Shown: positions 1-11,984, counted from the stretch's first letter. The stretch is 64,000 nucleotides of DNA from Bacteroidales bacterium (GCA_963676875.1 OY781436.1:2803281-2867280), one strand, 5' to 3'. Notes: generated from the letters alone by a model not told the origin. Numbers and translations: made by a program.

Positions 1-172
1 GTTATTTGCAGGTTAAGTCGCATAACTCGAGGTTTGATCACCTTTCCCCTTGGGGAAAAACAGGGGATAGGGGTTGACCGGGCGACACTTCCTCTCGGGA
101 AAATCCCAATAAATAAGAAGGTACAGGAGCGCTGAATAAAAATCAGACATTTTCTAAGTGTGAGAAAATTCC

Positions 173-1840
<1,668 letters not shown>

Positions 1841-1941
1841 TTAAGCAGGAGAAGTTAACATATCGATCAAATACGCCAGCAGATAACAGTAAATGGAGAA
1901 ATCTTTTACAAAGTCAGTGTTTTAGGCCAAAGGATTTCGCA

Positions 1942-2418
1942 CTAAGTCTTTTCCGGCCAATTTCCACTTTCTTTAAATTTCATTTCGTTGATGGTGATAC
2001 ACATCACCACAGCATGCTCGAAATGATTTTCATCGTAAGTAAATTTGCGATCGCCGGCATATTTTTTCATGATGGCATCAAATCCGATGGTTTTCTCAGA
2101 AATGTCGGTGAGCATTTTTACTGTTCCATATCCTACCACCGACCTGAAACGAGTATTCCATTTGCATGCTTCATCAGCAGGCATGAGCTCTACGCCATAA
2201 TCGAGTTGAAAGCAAACAGAGGGATTTTTCTCCATGATTTCCAGTTTCTTACCTTTCATCTTCGAGTGAAAGTAAAGGTGTTTTTCGTCATAACCAAAGT
2301 TCACGGGAACCACGTACGGACTATTGTTATCAGCCATGCCAATGCGCATGATTAGGGCATTTTTTAGCACATCGCTAATACCTTCTTCTTGTTTTTTTTG
2401 AAGTTGATCGGGGGTCAT
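1942..2418 (-). CDS. Pyridoxamine 5'-phosphate oxidase-like (split-barrel flavin-binding) family protein
   Basis: ORF 1942..2499 trimmed to the internal ATG at 2418 (MTPDQLQKK...). The SPYVVPVNFGYDEKHLYFHS segment is typical of the PNPOx-like family, recognised from memory. Confidence 0.65.
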   Translation of the reverse strand: MTPDQLQKKQEEGISDVLKNALIMRIGMADNNSPYVVPVNFGYDEKHLYFHSKMKGKKLEIMEKNPSVCFQLDYGVELMPADEACKWNTRFRSVVGYGTVKMLTDISEKTIGFDAIMKKYAGDRKFTYDENHFEHAVVMCITINEMKFKESGNWPEKT

Positions 2419-2605
2419 GAGCTCATGTTTTGGTAAATAGTAAAGGTATAAAAATATCACCAACTCTTGAAAAAAAGGGTTCGAATGTATCCAAAGCAAC
2501 CTTTACCCTCCAAATCCGTTTTGATAACAGGCAAAGAAGTGTCTTCAGGGGATATTTGAGGTGGTTTGGCCGTCGATTCTTTCCTTACTGCACCCCAAAA
2601 AATAC

Positions 2606-2613
2606 TATTTTTG
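2606..2613 (+). promoter_or_regulatory. Bacteroidota -7 box TATTTTTG (TAnnTTTG) upstream of gldF
   Basis: Exact TAnnTTTG match 15 nt before the ATG at 2628. Confidence 0.35.
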
Positions 2614-2627
2614 CGTTTCAAATAAAA

Positions 2628-3371
2628 ATGCCTTTCATGATGTTAGCATTGTATTTAAAAGAAATCCGAAGTTTTTTGAGCTCCCTGATGGGTTATGTGA
2701 TTATCCTCGTTTTTCTGGGAACCATCGGCTTGTTTCTTTGGGTATTCCCCACCGATTTCAATATTTTCGACTACGGTTATGCCAACCTCGACGGGCTTTT
2801 TATTCTGGCACCTTTCGTTTTTCTGTTTCTCGTTCCGGCGCTCACCATGCGCTCCTTTTCCGACGAAAAGAAAAGCGGCACCATCGAACTGCTTTATACC
2901 CGTCCGCTCACCGACATGCAAATTATTCTGGCCAAATTTCTGGCCTCCTTTACCCTGGTCATTCTGGCCTTGATTCCCACCCTTATTTATTACCTCACGG
3001 TTTATTTGTTGGGATTGCCACAGGGAAACCTCGACTCGGGGAGCATTTGGGGAAGTTATATCGGCTTGTTGTTTTTGGGAGGAGCCTTTACTTCGGTGGG
3101 AATTTTTACCTCTTCCATCAGCGAAAATCAGGTGACTTCCTTTGTGTTGGCGGTTATTCTGAGTGCTTTTCTCTACATGGGTTTCGACATGATTTACAAC
3201 TTCTCGCTGTTTGGTCCTGTAGATTTACTGATTCGCTCGCTGGGCATCAACGCGCATTATGGCTCCATCAGCCGTGGGGTAATCGATACGCGTGATGTGG
3301 TTTATTTTCTCAGCCTCATCGCACTGTTTATATTTCTCACAAAATTTTCGCTTGCGCGAAGAAAATGGTAA
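2628..3371 (+). CDS. gldF: ABC-2 type permease, gliding-motility GldF-like
   Basis: ORF 2430..3371 trimmed to the ATG at 2628 (MPFMMLALYLKEIRSF...). Polytopic membrane protein lying directly upstream of a GldG-like gene. Confidence 0.8.
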   Translation: MPFMMLALYLKEIRSFLSSLMGYVIILVFLGTIGLFLWVFPTDFNIFDYGYANLDGLFILAPFVFLFLVPALTMRSFSDEKKSGTIELLYTRPLTDMQIILAKFLASFTLVILALIPTLIYYLTVYLLGLPQGNLDSGSIWGSYIGLLFLGGAFTSVGIFTSSISENQVTSFVLAVILSAFLYMGFDMIYNFSLFGPVDLLIRSLGINAHYGSISRGVIDTRDVVYFLSLIALFIFLTKFSLARRKW

Positions 3372-3388
3372 TCAATCGTTTGTAAAAA

Positions 3389-5131
3389 ATGAAAGAAAAA
3401 AAATCTTCATCGGCAAGTCAATCATGGTGGCAATTATTGATCGTTATCGCCATCATCATCGTGATCAACATCATCAGCTCGTTTCTTTTCACACGCTTTG
3501 ATCTGACCAACGAAAAACGTTATACCCTTTCCAAAGAAACCCGCCAACTGATTGAAAACACTCAGGATATCGTCTATTTCCGTGTTTTTCTGGAAGGAGA
3601 TTTTCCGGCAGGATTTAAACGCCTGCGCCGCGAAACCCAGGAACTTCTGGACGAATTTCGGGCTTACAACAAAAACATCGCCTACGAATTTATCAATCCT
3701 TCGGCCAGCGAGGACCCCAAGGAACGCAACGCCACCTACCAATTGCTGGTGCAACAGGGCTTGCAGCCCACCAACCTTCAGGTAAAAACAAAAAACGGCA
3801 TGGAGCAACAGGTGATTTTCCCCGGTGTACTGGTGTCGTATCGCAACAGGGATGTGGCGGTGGAATTGCTTGATGCACAAATGAATGTGCCACCCGAGGC
3901 CGTATTGAATAATTCGATTAACAACCTGGAATTTAAATTGGCCAGTGCCATTCGCAAAATTACTCGGGTAAGAAAACCTACAGTTGCCTTTATTGAAGGT
4001 CATGGCGAACTCGACGATCAGGATACCTACGACCTCACACAAGCGTTGAAAGAAGATTACGTGGTAGATCGCGTGACCATCAACAATCAACTGAATGCAT
4101 TGGTAAACAGATCTTTGATTGACTCTACCACCAACCATTGGGAAATTACACCCAAATACGCGGCCATCATTATTGCACAACCCGATTCTTCCTTCGACGG
4201 AAAAGACCGGTTCATCATCGATCAATACCTGATGTATGGTGGAAAAATCCTTTGGTTTGTAGATCCTGTGCTGGCGAGCATGGACAGCACCCAAAATTCA
4301 GGATCCACCGTGGCCATCGACAAAGGTCTGGATTTACAGGCACAACTTTTCACTTACGGAGTGAGGCTCAACAGCAACCTGATCATGGATTTAAGTGCCA
4401 ATTCCATTCCGGTTCGAACGGGTCAGATGGGCAATCAGCCGCAAATAGAGTTTTTTCCGTGGTATTATTTCCCTGTTATAACACCCACCAGTACCCACCC
4501 CATTGCCAAAAACCTGAATGCCATCAAAACACAGTTTGTGAGCAGCATCGATACCCTTTCCACAAAAAATGTGAAGAAGACCGTTCTGTTAAGCACCTCA
4601 CCCTACTCACGAATTGAAGATGTTCCGGCCATCATCAGCTTGTCCATTCTGAGCAAACAGCCCGACCCACGGCAATATACCACCCCTCCACAAGCCGTTG
4701 CCGTACTACTCGAAGGTACCTTTCTGTCGGATTTCAGAAACCGCATACCTCCTGAAATCATGAACGATAAGGGCATTGGTTTTCGTGAAGAAAGCGTTCC
4801 AACTGCCATGTTGGTGGTATCGGATGGCGACCTGATTCGAAACCAGTTTAAAATACCTGATGGATATCCCCTTCCGTTGGGATACGACCAATATACACGC
4901 GAAACCTTTGGTAACAAAGATTTTGTGCTCAATGCCATCAACTACCTCACCGAAGGCCCCGGGTTGATTTCGGTGCGATCGCGCGAAACCAAACTCAGGT
5001 TGCTCGACCGGGCCAAAATAAACGACCATCGCATGAGATGGCAATTGCTGAATGTGTTGGCTCCATTGCTGTTGGTTATTGTGGTTGGATTGCTGATTAT
5101 ATTCCTACGTAAAAGAAAATATGCCAGATAG
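3389..5131 (+). CDS. gldG: Gliding-associated ABC transporter auxiliary/substrate-binding component GldG-like
   Basis: 580 aa with an N-terminal and a C-terminal TM anchor around a large extracytoplasmic domain. Its size and its position after gldF fit GldG. Confidence 0.8.
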   Translation: MKEKKSSSASQSWWQLLIVIAIIIVINIISSFLFTRFDLTNEKRYTLSKETRQLIENTQDIVYFRVFLEGDFPAGFKRLRRETQELLDEFRAYNKNIAYEFINPSASEDPKERNATYQLLVQQGLQPTNLQVKTKNGMEQQVIFPGVLVSYRNRDVAVELLDAQMNVPPEAVLNNSINNLEFKLASAIRKITRVRKPTVAFIEGHGELDDQDTYDLTQALKEDYVVDRVTINNQLNALVNRSLIDSTTNHWEITPKYAAIIIAQPDSSFDGKDRFIIDQYLMYGGKILWFVDPVLASMDSTQNSGSTVAIDKGLDLQAQLFTYGVRLNSNLIMDLSANSIPVRTGQMGNQPQIEFFPWYYFPVITPTSTHPIAKNLNAIKTQFVSSIDTLSTKNVKKTVLLSTSPYSRIEDVPAIISLSILSKQPDPRQYTTPPQAVAVLLEGTFLSDFRNRIPPEIMNDKGIGFREESVPTAMLVVSDGDLIRNQFKIPDGYPLPLGYDQYTRETFGNKDFVLNAINYLTEGPGLISVRSRETKLRLLDRAKINDHRMRWQLLNVLAPLLLVIVVGLLIIFLRKRKYAR

Positions 5132-5139
5132 TTACAGAT

Positions 5140-6198
5140 ATGAATAAAAACAGAAGATATATCGTAGTATTGTTGTTGCTCGTGGTTGCAGCCATTTTTA
5201 TGTATACCCAGCAACGAAATTCCACCCTTAAAAAACAGGAGTCTGACTTTTCAGTGGAAGACACCTCTACCGTAAACAAGATATTCATTGCCGACAAGCG
5301 TATGAATCAGATTACACTTGAACGCACACCCAAAGGATGGATACTTGATGGCAACCAGAAGGTAAATCAGCAATTGGTACATAAACTTTTGGGAACCATG
5401 CACCGTATAAAGGTGCAAGCTCCGGTATCTAAAGTTAGCTTCGAAAATGTCGTGAAACGTATGGCCTCCATTGCCATCAAGGTGGAAGTATATCAGGAGG
5501 TGTACCGTATCGATTGGTTCGACAAAATCAAACTTTTTAAACACCAAAAATTGACCAAGGTTTTTTACATTGGCGACGCTACTGCTAATAACCTGGGTAC
5601 CTACATGCTAATGGAGGGTGCCTCGCAACCTTATATCACGTATATTCCCGGATTCAGAGGCTTTTTAACTCCCCGGTTCTCGCCCCTACCCGATGACTGG
5701 AAGAGCCACGAAGTATTTAGATATCAACTTTCTGACATTAAAAGTGTTCAATTTAATGTGCCCGAGCAACCCGAAGAGAGTTTTAAAATAGAAGTGAAAG
5801 ATGATGCAGGTAACTACCAGCTAACACAAATAAGTACCCAACAAACCATTGATAATTTCGATACGTTAAAGGTATTGAATTTGCTTACTTCCTTTTCCGA
5901 TGTGCGTTACGAAACACGACTGAACAACCTGATGGCCAAAGTACGCATCGATTCTGTTTTGAACTCACCTCCCCGGTTTGAACTCACTCTGGTAGATCAG
6001 CAGAACGACACCAACTACGTTAAAATGTTCCGCAAAGGTGCTCTCCCCGATCAAGTGGCACAGGCAGGCTACAATCCGGAAGTACCTGTTGATAACGACC
6101 GATTTTACGGATTGGTAAACAATGGTGAAGATTTTGTGTTGCTACAATATTTTGTGTTCGACAAACTGCTTAAACCACTGAGTTACTACGAGAAGTAA
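5140..6198 (+). CDS. DUF4340-like protein (usual partner of gldG)
   Basis: 352 aa with an N-terminal TM anchor (IVVLLLLVVAAIFMY). Follows gldG by 9 nt. Confidence 0.6.
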   Translation: MNKNRRYIVVLLLLVVAAIFMYTQQRNSTLKKQESDFSVEDTSTVNKIFIADKRMNQITLERTPKGWILDGNQKVNQQLVHKLLGTMHRIKVQAPVSKVSFENVVKRMASIAIKVEVYQEVYRIDWFDKIKLFKHQKLTKVFYIGDATANNLGTYMLMEGASQPYITYIPGFRGFLTPRFSPLPDDWKSHEVFRYQLSDIKSVQFNVPEQPEESFKIEVKDDAGNYQLTQISTQQTIDNFDTLKVLNLLTSFSDVRYETRLNNLMAKVRIDSVLNSPPRFELTLVDQQNDTNYVKMFRKGALPDQVAQAGYNPEVPVDNDRFYGLVNNGEDFVLLQYFVFDKLLKPLSYYEK

Positions 6199-6323
6199 TA
6201 CCGATTATGAATTGAAATGAGCTTTAAGTTCCCTTCGCTCCTGAAACCTCCTCAATTCTATATTGGCATTATACATAAACAGCGTAGTGCTAACTTCAAT
6301 TTATAGTTGGTATAATTCCAATA

Positions 6324-9300
6324 TTACTGAATCCCGGGTTCGGCTTCTATAAAGGGTTTCTCAATAATTCCCAGATTATGTTTCCCGTCGATGCGAATAA
6401 TAAGAGGTTTCTCAAAATGCACTTGCCTGATAAATTCGTTTTCAAAGGCTGCAGGTGCCGTGTTTAAAAATTCCAAATCATAATAACCATCACGAATAAA
6501 GGGGTTGATGGTGAAATATCCCACACGGAAAGAAGTGAGGTTCTGAAAAAAGTGAGTTCCCTGACTTGGGTCAATCCGGTAATTGTCCAACCCCGATTCC
6601 ACAATCAGGCGGGCAGCTGAAATCTGGGGCCATTTCACAGGAATTCCCAACCATGGATCGCTTGATCCCCAGCGTCCGGGGCCTATGAGGATGTAGTTCC
6701 GTCCTGATTTTAAATACGTATCGTTAATTTTTTCAACCATGTCCACCAAATCTGTGTTGTTGGCCGCCTTGAAGGATTCCGGTCTTACGTAAACAACATC
6801 GCAAATATCGTCGATGGTGCCATTGCCCAATGCCGATTTAGAAACAATCAGGCATTTCTCCTGTTGGATGGTTTCCAAGTCCAGGTGAACACTTTCCTCT
6901 TTCACCGCAATTGGTCTGATTTGCAACAAATTAAATGATGCACGTTCACCCTTTTGTGTGTGTAAATCCACCGCAAATTCAATTTCTACCGGGTTTCCCA
7001 TTTCGCGCTCGCCCAGCTTCAATACTTTCTGCAATATTTCTGCAATGGGATAACTGTTGTGTTTCAGAATATTGGAGAACGTAATGAGCTTTTTACCACC
7101 ATCGCTGTATCCATCTCGAATGATGTGATTATGCAAATCATAGGTGGATGAAATGTCGCGAATGGCATTATCCCGGTCGGCTACTTTTACCTTTAGCTTC
7201 AGCAGGTTTGTGCTGTCGTTTGGTGTAGGCATAAAAGTATCCACATTGAGGTCGAGGGCAAAAAACTCCTTTTGGGTTTCGCGCAAGGTCATGTCCGGTG
7301 TGGAAGTCTGGAGGATATTTTGGGGATAGTTGGGACTAAACCTCAACGAAAGCCCCCCATCCACAATGTATTTGCCCAGACCCAGTGCCAGGCTAACGGT
7401 TCCGTCGGCAGGTTTGCAAGGTGCAATTGGATAATAGTCGATGGATCGGGCCACACCTGAGAAGGTGGGATAAAACCGGTTTTCGTGGGCCGTCCCACAT
7501 ACTTCCTGGATCACAATGGCCATTTTTTCCTCATCAATTACGTTGGAAGTGGCAGTCATGTAAGCTTTGCTGTCGTGGTAATAGGCCGAAGCATATACTG
7601 CCTTTATGGCCGTACACATCATTTCAAACATTTTGTTTCGATCGTTCTCAATCAGTGGCAACATGTAGGTATTGTATATCCCTGCAAAAGGTTGATAGTG
7701 TGAATCTTCGAGCAAACTGCTTGAGCGAATGGCCACAGGTTTCGACAGCGCCACCGAGATGGTAAACAAATCGCCATACACATGCTGCGGTAAAGAAGCT
7801 TTTAGAAATTGAGCCAGAATTTCCTCGTCGCTCAACTCGTTGGAAAAGGCTATGTTATAAAGCTTGTTCATCTCCATAAACTCATCAAAAACATCGGTTC
7901 CCAGCACCACCGTTTTGGGAATGGCAATTTCGATTTTTTCAAAATGTTCGTAGAGCTTATTTCGGTTGATGAGCGAATCCAGAAAAGCCAGTCCGCGCGC
8001 CTTACCGCCTATGGAGCCCTGTCCGATACGTGAAATACTGAAATAGTTGTCGAAACTATCGCGGTTGAATGATGAAATAACTCCCCTGGCCTTGGCCATC
8101 CGGAATTCGGCAATGCTGTCGTAAATAAACTTTTTGGTCTCTTCGCAATCCTTAAAATCGTCGGATTTAAAAGCCCTGAACAGCTCGGCCAATGGAAACA
8201 ATGCCCTGGCGCGCAACCATTTGGAAAAGTGATCGCGTTCGATGTGGTAACGCAATGAAGCCGTGGGAATTTTGTACACCTTCTCCTGCAAATCTTTCAG
8301 GTCGTGGGCACGACCCACCACAATACCCATATGGGGATCTTTAAACACAAAATCGCCGAAGGCAAAATATTCTTTGATAAACTCACGCAGATCGAAGGTG
8401 AGGCTTTTGGAATTTTTATCCAGAAAACCCACCCTGATTTCCTTGGCTTTCCAACGGTTTTCCGGATCTGACGACTGAAGCAGAACAGGGGTGTATTTGT
8501 TGTCTTTTTTAATCTTGCGGCTTAGTTTTATCCCGGCCTCCTTGTCCATTTCTCCGGTTTGATCTTTTGGATAGGAAATATCCGACACTACTCCAAGCAA
8601 ATTGTGCTTGTACTTTTCGTAAAGCGCCATAGCTTCGGCATAGTTGGTGGCCAATAAAATTTTGGGTCGCCCGCGCATGCGCAACATCCGTTGATGTTCA
8701 TTAAGTGCCTCGGATACAAAAGATTGCGACTGCTTGAAAATAATCTTATACATGATGGGAAGATAACTCGAATAGAATCTGATGTTATCTTCTACAAGGA
8801 TGATAGTTTGAACACCTATGTCCATTACATCATGCTCCACATTCATCTTATCTTCTATCAGTTTGATGATGGCCAAAAGAATATCCGCATTGCCCAACCA
8901 ACTAAAAATATGATCGATGGATTCGTGTTGGAGTTTGGTAATCTTTAGCGAAGCTTCTCTGGAAAAGGGAGTTAGCATCACAATGGGAACATCAGGGTAT
9001 TTCAGCTTGATATCCTGAGCCATCACTATTGTATCTTGTTTTTCGACACTCAACATGGTGATTACCAAATCGATGTTCTCATCCTCCATCACCTGCATGG
9101 CTTCGGCGCGGGAGGTGGCTTTGAAAAATTGGGGTGGATAACGAAGGCTAAGTGAAGTGTATTCCTGAAAAATCTGTTCATCAATGCGACCATCCTCTTC
9201 CAGCATAAATGCATCATAAATACTGGAAATAAGCAACACATGATAGATGCGCTTTTTCATTAGATTTGTAAAAGAAGCATCGCTGTCGTAAAAACTTTGC

Positions 9301-9329
9301 TTAAGTAATTCAGCCTTTTTATCGATCAT
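6324..9329 (-). CDS. Receiver-like domains + PEP/pyruvate-binding (PPDK_N ATP-grasp) domain protein, no phosphohistidine swivel motif (paralog A)
   Basis: ORF 6324..9503 trimmed to the ATG at 9329, which has a TATCTTTG box 24 nt upstream. Motifs seen: ILLVEDN receiver-like, GGKARGLAFL, and IAIRSSSLLEDS..FAGIYNTY (PPDK_N-like). No GG(M/R)T(S/C)HAA motif is present. Confidence 0.75.
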   Translation of the reverse strand: MIDKKAELLKQSFYDSDASFTNLMKKRIYHVLLISSIYDAFMLEEDGRIDEQIFQEYTSLSLRYPPQFFKATSRAEAMQVMEDENIDLVITMLSVEKQDTIVMAQDIKLKYPDVPIVMLTPFSREASLKITKLQHESIDHIFSWLGNADILLAIIKLIEDKMNVEHDVMDIGVQTIILVEDNIRFYSSYLPIMYKIIFKQSQSFVSEALNEHQRMLRMRGRPKILLATNYAEAMALYEKYKHNLLGVVSDISYPKDQTGEMDKEAGIKLSRKIKKDNKYTPVLLQSSDPENRWKAKEIRVGFLDKNSKSLTFDLREFIKEYFAFGDFVFKDPHMGIVVGRAHDLKDLQEKVYKIPTASLRYHIERDHFSKWLRARALFPLAELFRAFKSDDFKDCEETKKFIYDSIAEFRMAKARGVISSFNRDSFDNYFSISRIGQGSIGGKARGLAFLDSLINRNKLYEHFEKIEIAIPKTVVLGTDVFDEFMEMNKLYNIAFSNELSDEEILAQFLKASLPQHVYGDLFTISVALSKPVAIRSSSLLEDSHYQPFAGIYNTYMLPLIENDRNKMFEMMCTAIKAVYASAYYHDSKAYMTATSNVIDEEKMAIVIQEVCGTAHENRFYPTFSGVARSIDYYPIAPCKPADGTVSLALGLGKYIVDGGLSLRFSPNYPQNILQTSTPDMTLRETQKEFFALDLNVDTFMPTPNDSTNLLKLKVKVADRDNAIRDISSTYDLHNHIIRDGYSDGGKKLITFSNILKHNSYPIAEILQKVLKLGEREMGNPVEIEFAVDLHTQKGERASFNLLQIRPIAVKEESVHLDLETIQQEKCLIVSKSALGNGTIDDICDVVYVRPESFKAANNTDLVDMVEKINDTYLKSGRNYILIGPGRWGSSDPWLGIPVKWPQISAARLIVESGLDNYRIDPSQGTHFFQNLTSFRVGYFTINPFIRDGYYDLEFLNTAPAAFENEFIRQVHFEKPLIIRIDGKHNLGIIEKPFIEAEPGIQ

Positions 9330-9352
9330 CCCTTGGGGTTTTTGAATAAGCA

Positions 9353-9360
9353 CAAAGATA
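9353..9360 (-). promoter_or_regulatory. -7 box TATCTTTG for the 6324..9329 gene
   Basis: Exact TAnnTTTG on the minus strand, inside the longer ORF-track version of the gene. Confidence 0.35.
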
Positions 9361-9535
9361 GACAATCTGGCAGTTTGGGTTAGAAGTTGGGAGGGTAAAA
9401 ATACCCAATGAAAATTTACCGGAATTGCTAAAAATGCCCGACAAAAAAGATGCGCCCCGGTTTTCAGGTTGATCACCAACCAAGAAAACCAGGACGCATC
9501 CAAACGTTCTATCTAACTAAAATCCGTGAAGATAC

Positions 9536-10231
9536 CTATCCGCACTGGCAATCACCATGGCCTTTGCCACGCAATTCGGCAGGATTGCCGCAGGCAGGGC
9601 AATCTTCGGTATATTCTTTGTCGTGACCGTGATCGTGGTGTCCTTCGTCGGAGCTGCAACAACCGCCTCCGCCATGCGATTGGCCCCCTCCGCCACAGCA
9701 TGAATCTTCGGATTTGGTTTCCTTGCTGCCACATCCACAACCTGAACCACAACCCCCTTTGGGAGCCAGGTCAGCTTCGGTAATTTCACGTACACTCAAA
9801 ACGGTTCCGGCCACATAGAGGTTTCTACCGGCCAACTCATGGTTGAAATCCATGCGCACGTTGTCGTCATTGATCTCATATACTTTTCCGTTGAGGGGGT
9901 TTCCCTGGCTGTCCATCATGGCGATTCGGTTGCCCAGATACAGCAAATCCTCTTTCACCACGCCATTAACCATGAAGGCAGATTTGGGAACATTCACCAA
10001 TAAATTTTCGGTGTACACCCCAAAAGCTTCTTCGGGAGTAAGCGAAAACTCAAACGACTGACCCGCTTCCATGCCATCCATGTGGGTTTCGAAGCCGGGA
10101 ATCATTTTTTTGAAACCAAACATCATGGAACGTGGGTTTTGCTCATCGGCAAACTCAATCATTTCACCCTGTTGGTCGTCTAATTTTATTTTATAGGCCA
10201 CAGTGGCCAAGGTATTCGCAGAAATTTTCAT
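9536..10231 (-). CDS. slyD: FKBP-type peptidyl-prolyl isomerase SlyD with Cys/His/Gly-rich metal-binding tail
   Basis: Trimmed to the ATG at 10231 (MKISANTLATVAYKI...). FKBP domain with an insert-in-flap layout. The C-terminal ~75 aa is GGCGSGCGCG...CCGGGG..HGGGGCC..GHHDHGHD...CPACG...DCQCG. Confidence 0.85.
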   Translation of the reverse strand: MKISANTLATVAYKIKLDDQQGEMIEFADEQNPRSMMFGFKKMIPGFETHMDGMEAGQSFEFSLTPEEAFGVYTENLLVNVPKSAFMVNGVVKEDLLYLGNRIAMMDSQGNPLNGKVYEINDDNVRMDFNHELAGRNLYVAGTVLSVREITEADLAPKGGCGSGCGCGSKETKSEDSCCGGGGQSHGGGGCCSSDEGHHDHGHDKEYTEDCPACGNPAELRGKGHGDCQCG

Positions 10232-10262
10232 AAAAATCGATGGTTTATCATGAATCAACGTG

Positions 10263-10270
10263 CAAAACTA
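10263..10270 (-). promoter_or_regulatory. -7 box TAGTTTTG for slyD
   Basis: Exact TAnnTTTG on the minus strand, 32 nt upstream of the ATG at 10231. Confidence 0.35.
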
Positions 10271-10349
10271 CACAAACAAATTTGTTTAGATTGATTTTAA
10301 ATTGTTAAAATGTTGTGAAAATCCGCTTCGTGAACATGCAGCCCAATGG

Positions 10350-11930
10350 TCATCGACTTAAAATAATTTTCCCGGAAGATATCTTTTTATCAACATCCGT
10401 AAAGCGATACAGATAAATGCCATCGGGATAACCGGACAAATCAAGTGCCGTTTCTTTTTCAGATATCATCTGTTTAACAACCACTTGTCCCAACCCATTG
10501 ACAATTTCAAGTGTTCCGGCAGATTCGTTAAGCAGGTGAATCGTCAGCTTATCCTGACAAGGATTGGGGAAAACCTTCACACTAGATTCGAGTGATTCAC
10601 TGACACTTCCGACGAAATCGATACAGCCTTCGCGGGTTTCCATGGTGGTGGGCGTAATAGTTAACGGAAGTGTGGATACCACTCCCGTGGCGGTAGTGAA
10701 AATGGGTGCGGATAAAAATTCAGATTGAATGGTATCAGTTGATGGAGACATCCCATCCTGCCCCACACAATCCAATCCATTGCCCATATCATCCATCTGA
10801 ATCAGGCCAATATTGTATATCGAATATGCTGCCTGACCTTTCACTCCCATGATGGGGCCATTGCCAAATGCCAGAAATTCGTTGTTTGGCGAAATGCAAA
10901 GGTCGATGGTGAGCAGAAATAAATTCTTGGCAAATTGATACTCGCCCAGTTCATTAAATTTGACCAACTTACTATAATAATCTCCACCGAATACGCCGAC
11001 AAAACCATCCGGTGTGGCGTGAAGTCTGGGTTCGATATCATACATATTACCCCATGGAATTTCGTTATAAGAATGAGCAGACAAAATACCGCCCAGGGTG
11101 TCAGTCGTTAGAAAAGACAGGGTTGATCCCGAATTTATACAGATATAATTTCGGTTTTGTGTGGCCAGGAAATTAATCGCATGGGTAGTGATACTGCTTC
11201 CTGTAGTGGAATAGCTGCGGCCAATATGAAACCCACCCGAAGGTGACAGCTTTAGTAAAATCGCTCTTTCAGTGGTATAAGAACCTTCAGATTTTGCGTT
11301 TCCCAGAACCAAATAGCCACCTCCCGGCGTTTGCTGAATGGAAACGGCATAAGTACCGTATTCACCCACCTGTATCACCTTGGTCCATTCCGGATTGCAG
11401 GATGTGTCGAGTTTGGACACCACTATTTTTGAATAGGGAGCGCTTGAGAAAGACGCACTTCCCAATACAACAAAACCCGAATCCATTGTTTGGAGGATGT
11501 CAACAGGGTAAATATCCAAACCATAGTCCACGGTTTTTGACCAAAGGGTATCACCCAAGGCATCCATTTTTACAAAAAAGGACAACACATCCCCACTCTC
11601 GGTGTAGGTATTACCTGAAATGAGAATGCATGAATCGTAGGTGGAGATGACTCTATTCATATTTAATGGGCGACCCCCGGTAGCTCTGGACAACACGCTG
11701 CTCCACAGCGGGTTGCCATCCAAATCGATGGCGCCAACCATAAACCCTGTCTGCGACCAATTATCACCTACAAAAAAGTAACTGTCGTGGTGTGTTGGTA
11801 ACATATCGTAAACCTGAATATCCTCCAGGTTTGCTCCCAAAAGAACCCGTGAAAATAATTCCGGTTGAGCTTGGAGTACCTGAAACAGACCAAAAATTGA
11901 TAACAAAGAAAGGAGCGCTAATTTTTTCAT
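10350..11930 (-). CDS. Secreted beta-propeller-repeat protein with T9SS C-terminal sorting domain
   Basis: Signal peptide MKKLALLSLLSIFGLFQVLQA. The C-terminus (VKVFPNPCQDKLTIHL...GIYLYRF...GKIILSR) is a typical T9SS CTD. Confidence 0.8.
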   Translation of the reverse strand: MKKLALLSLLSIFGLFQVLQAQPELFSRVLLGANLEDIQVYDMLPTHHDSYFFVGDNWSQTGFMVGAIDLDGNPLWSSVLSRATGGRPLNMNRVISTYDSCILISGNTYTESGDVLSFFVKMDALGDTLWSKTVDYGLDIYPVDILQTMDSGFVVLGSASFSSAPYSKIVVSKLDTSCNPEWTKVIQVGEYGTYAVSIQQTPGGGYLVLGNAKSEGSYTTERAILLKLSPSGGFHIGRSYSTTGSSITTHAINFLATQNRNYICINSGSTLSFLTTDTLGGILSAHSYNEIPWGNMYDIEPRLHATPDGFVGVFGGDYYSKLVKFNELGEYQFAKNLFLLTIDLCISPNNEFLAFGNGPIMGVKGQAAYSIYNIGLIQMDDMGNGLDCVGQDGMSPSTDTIQSEFLSAPIFTTATGVVSTLPLTITPTTMETREGCIDFVGSVSESLESSVKVFPNPCQDKLTIHLLNESAGTLEIVNGLGQVVVKQMISEKETALDLSGYPDGIYLYRFTDVDKKISSGKIILSR

Positions 11931-11976
11931 GACGATTGTTTTTGTTTTGTGCGACTGATATTTTGGGAAACCGATT

Positions 11977-11984
11977 CAAATGTA
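11977..11984 (-). promoter_or_regulatory. -7 box TACATTTG for the T9SS cargo gene
   Basis: Exact TAnnTTTG on the minus strand, 47 nt upstream of the ATG at 11930. It lies between that gene and the tandem array. Confidence 0.35.

Noticed and set aside
3434-4294. Long antisense or alternate-frame ORFs inside large genes (3434..4294-, 2561..3295+, 15379..16170+, 16534..17502+, 1043..1660+, 50181..50969+, 22580..23122+, 29889..30458-).
   Set aside because: Each lies fully within a gene that has strong family signatures. Their products are low-complexity or biased (His/Phe/Gly/Val-rich) mirror-frame translations with no recognisable motifs.
2628-6198. gldF-gldG-DUF4340 as an unusual or incomplete gliding system.
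   Set aside because: This three-gene arrangement without gldA is the ordinary layout in Bacteroidota, and nothing anomalous is seen in the sequences.
6324-9503. Longer N-terminal extensions offered by the ORF track (6324..9503, 1942..2499, 2430..3371, 9536..10258, 25284.., 29295.., 35274..38375 / 38326.., 46161.., 49990.., 57167..58090, 59677..60180).
   Set aside because: The internal ATGs give canonical N-termini (signal peptides, family-typical starts). In several cases an exact TAnnTTTG box lies inside the extension (9353, 29290, 38308-38324, 60108). The 38326 and 38375 versions would also overlap head-to-head.
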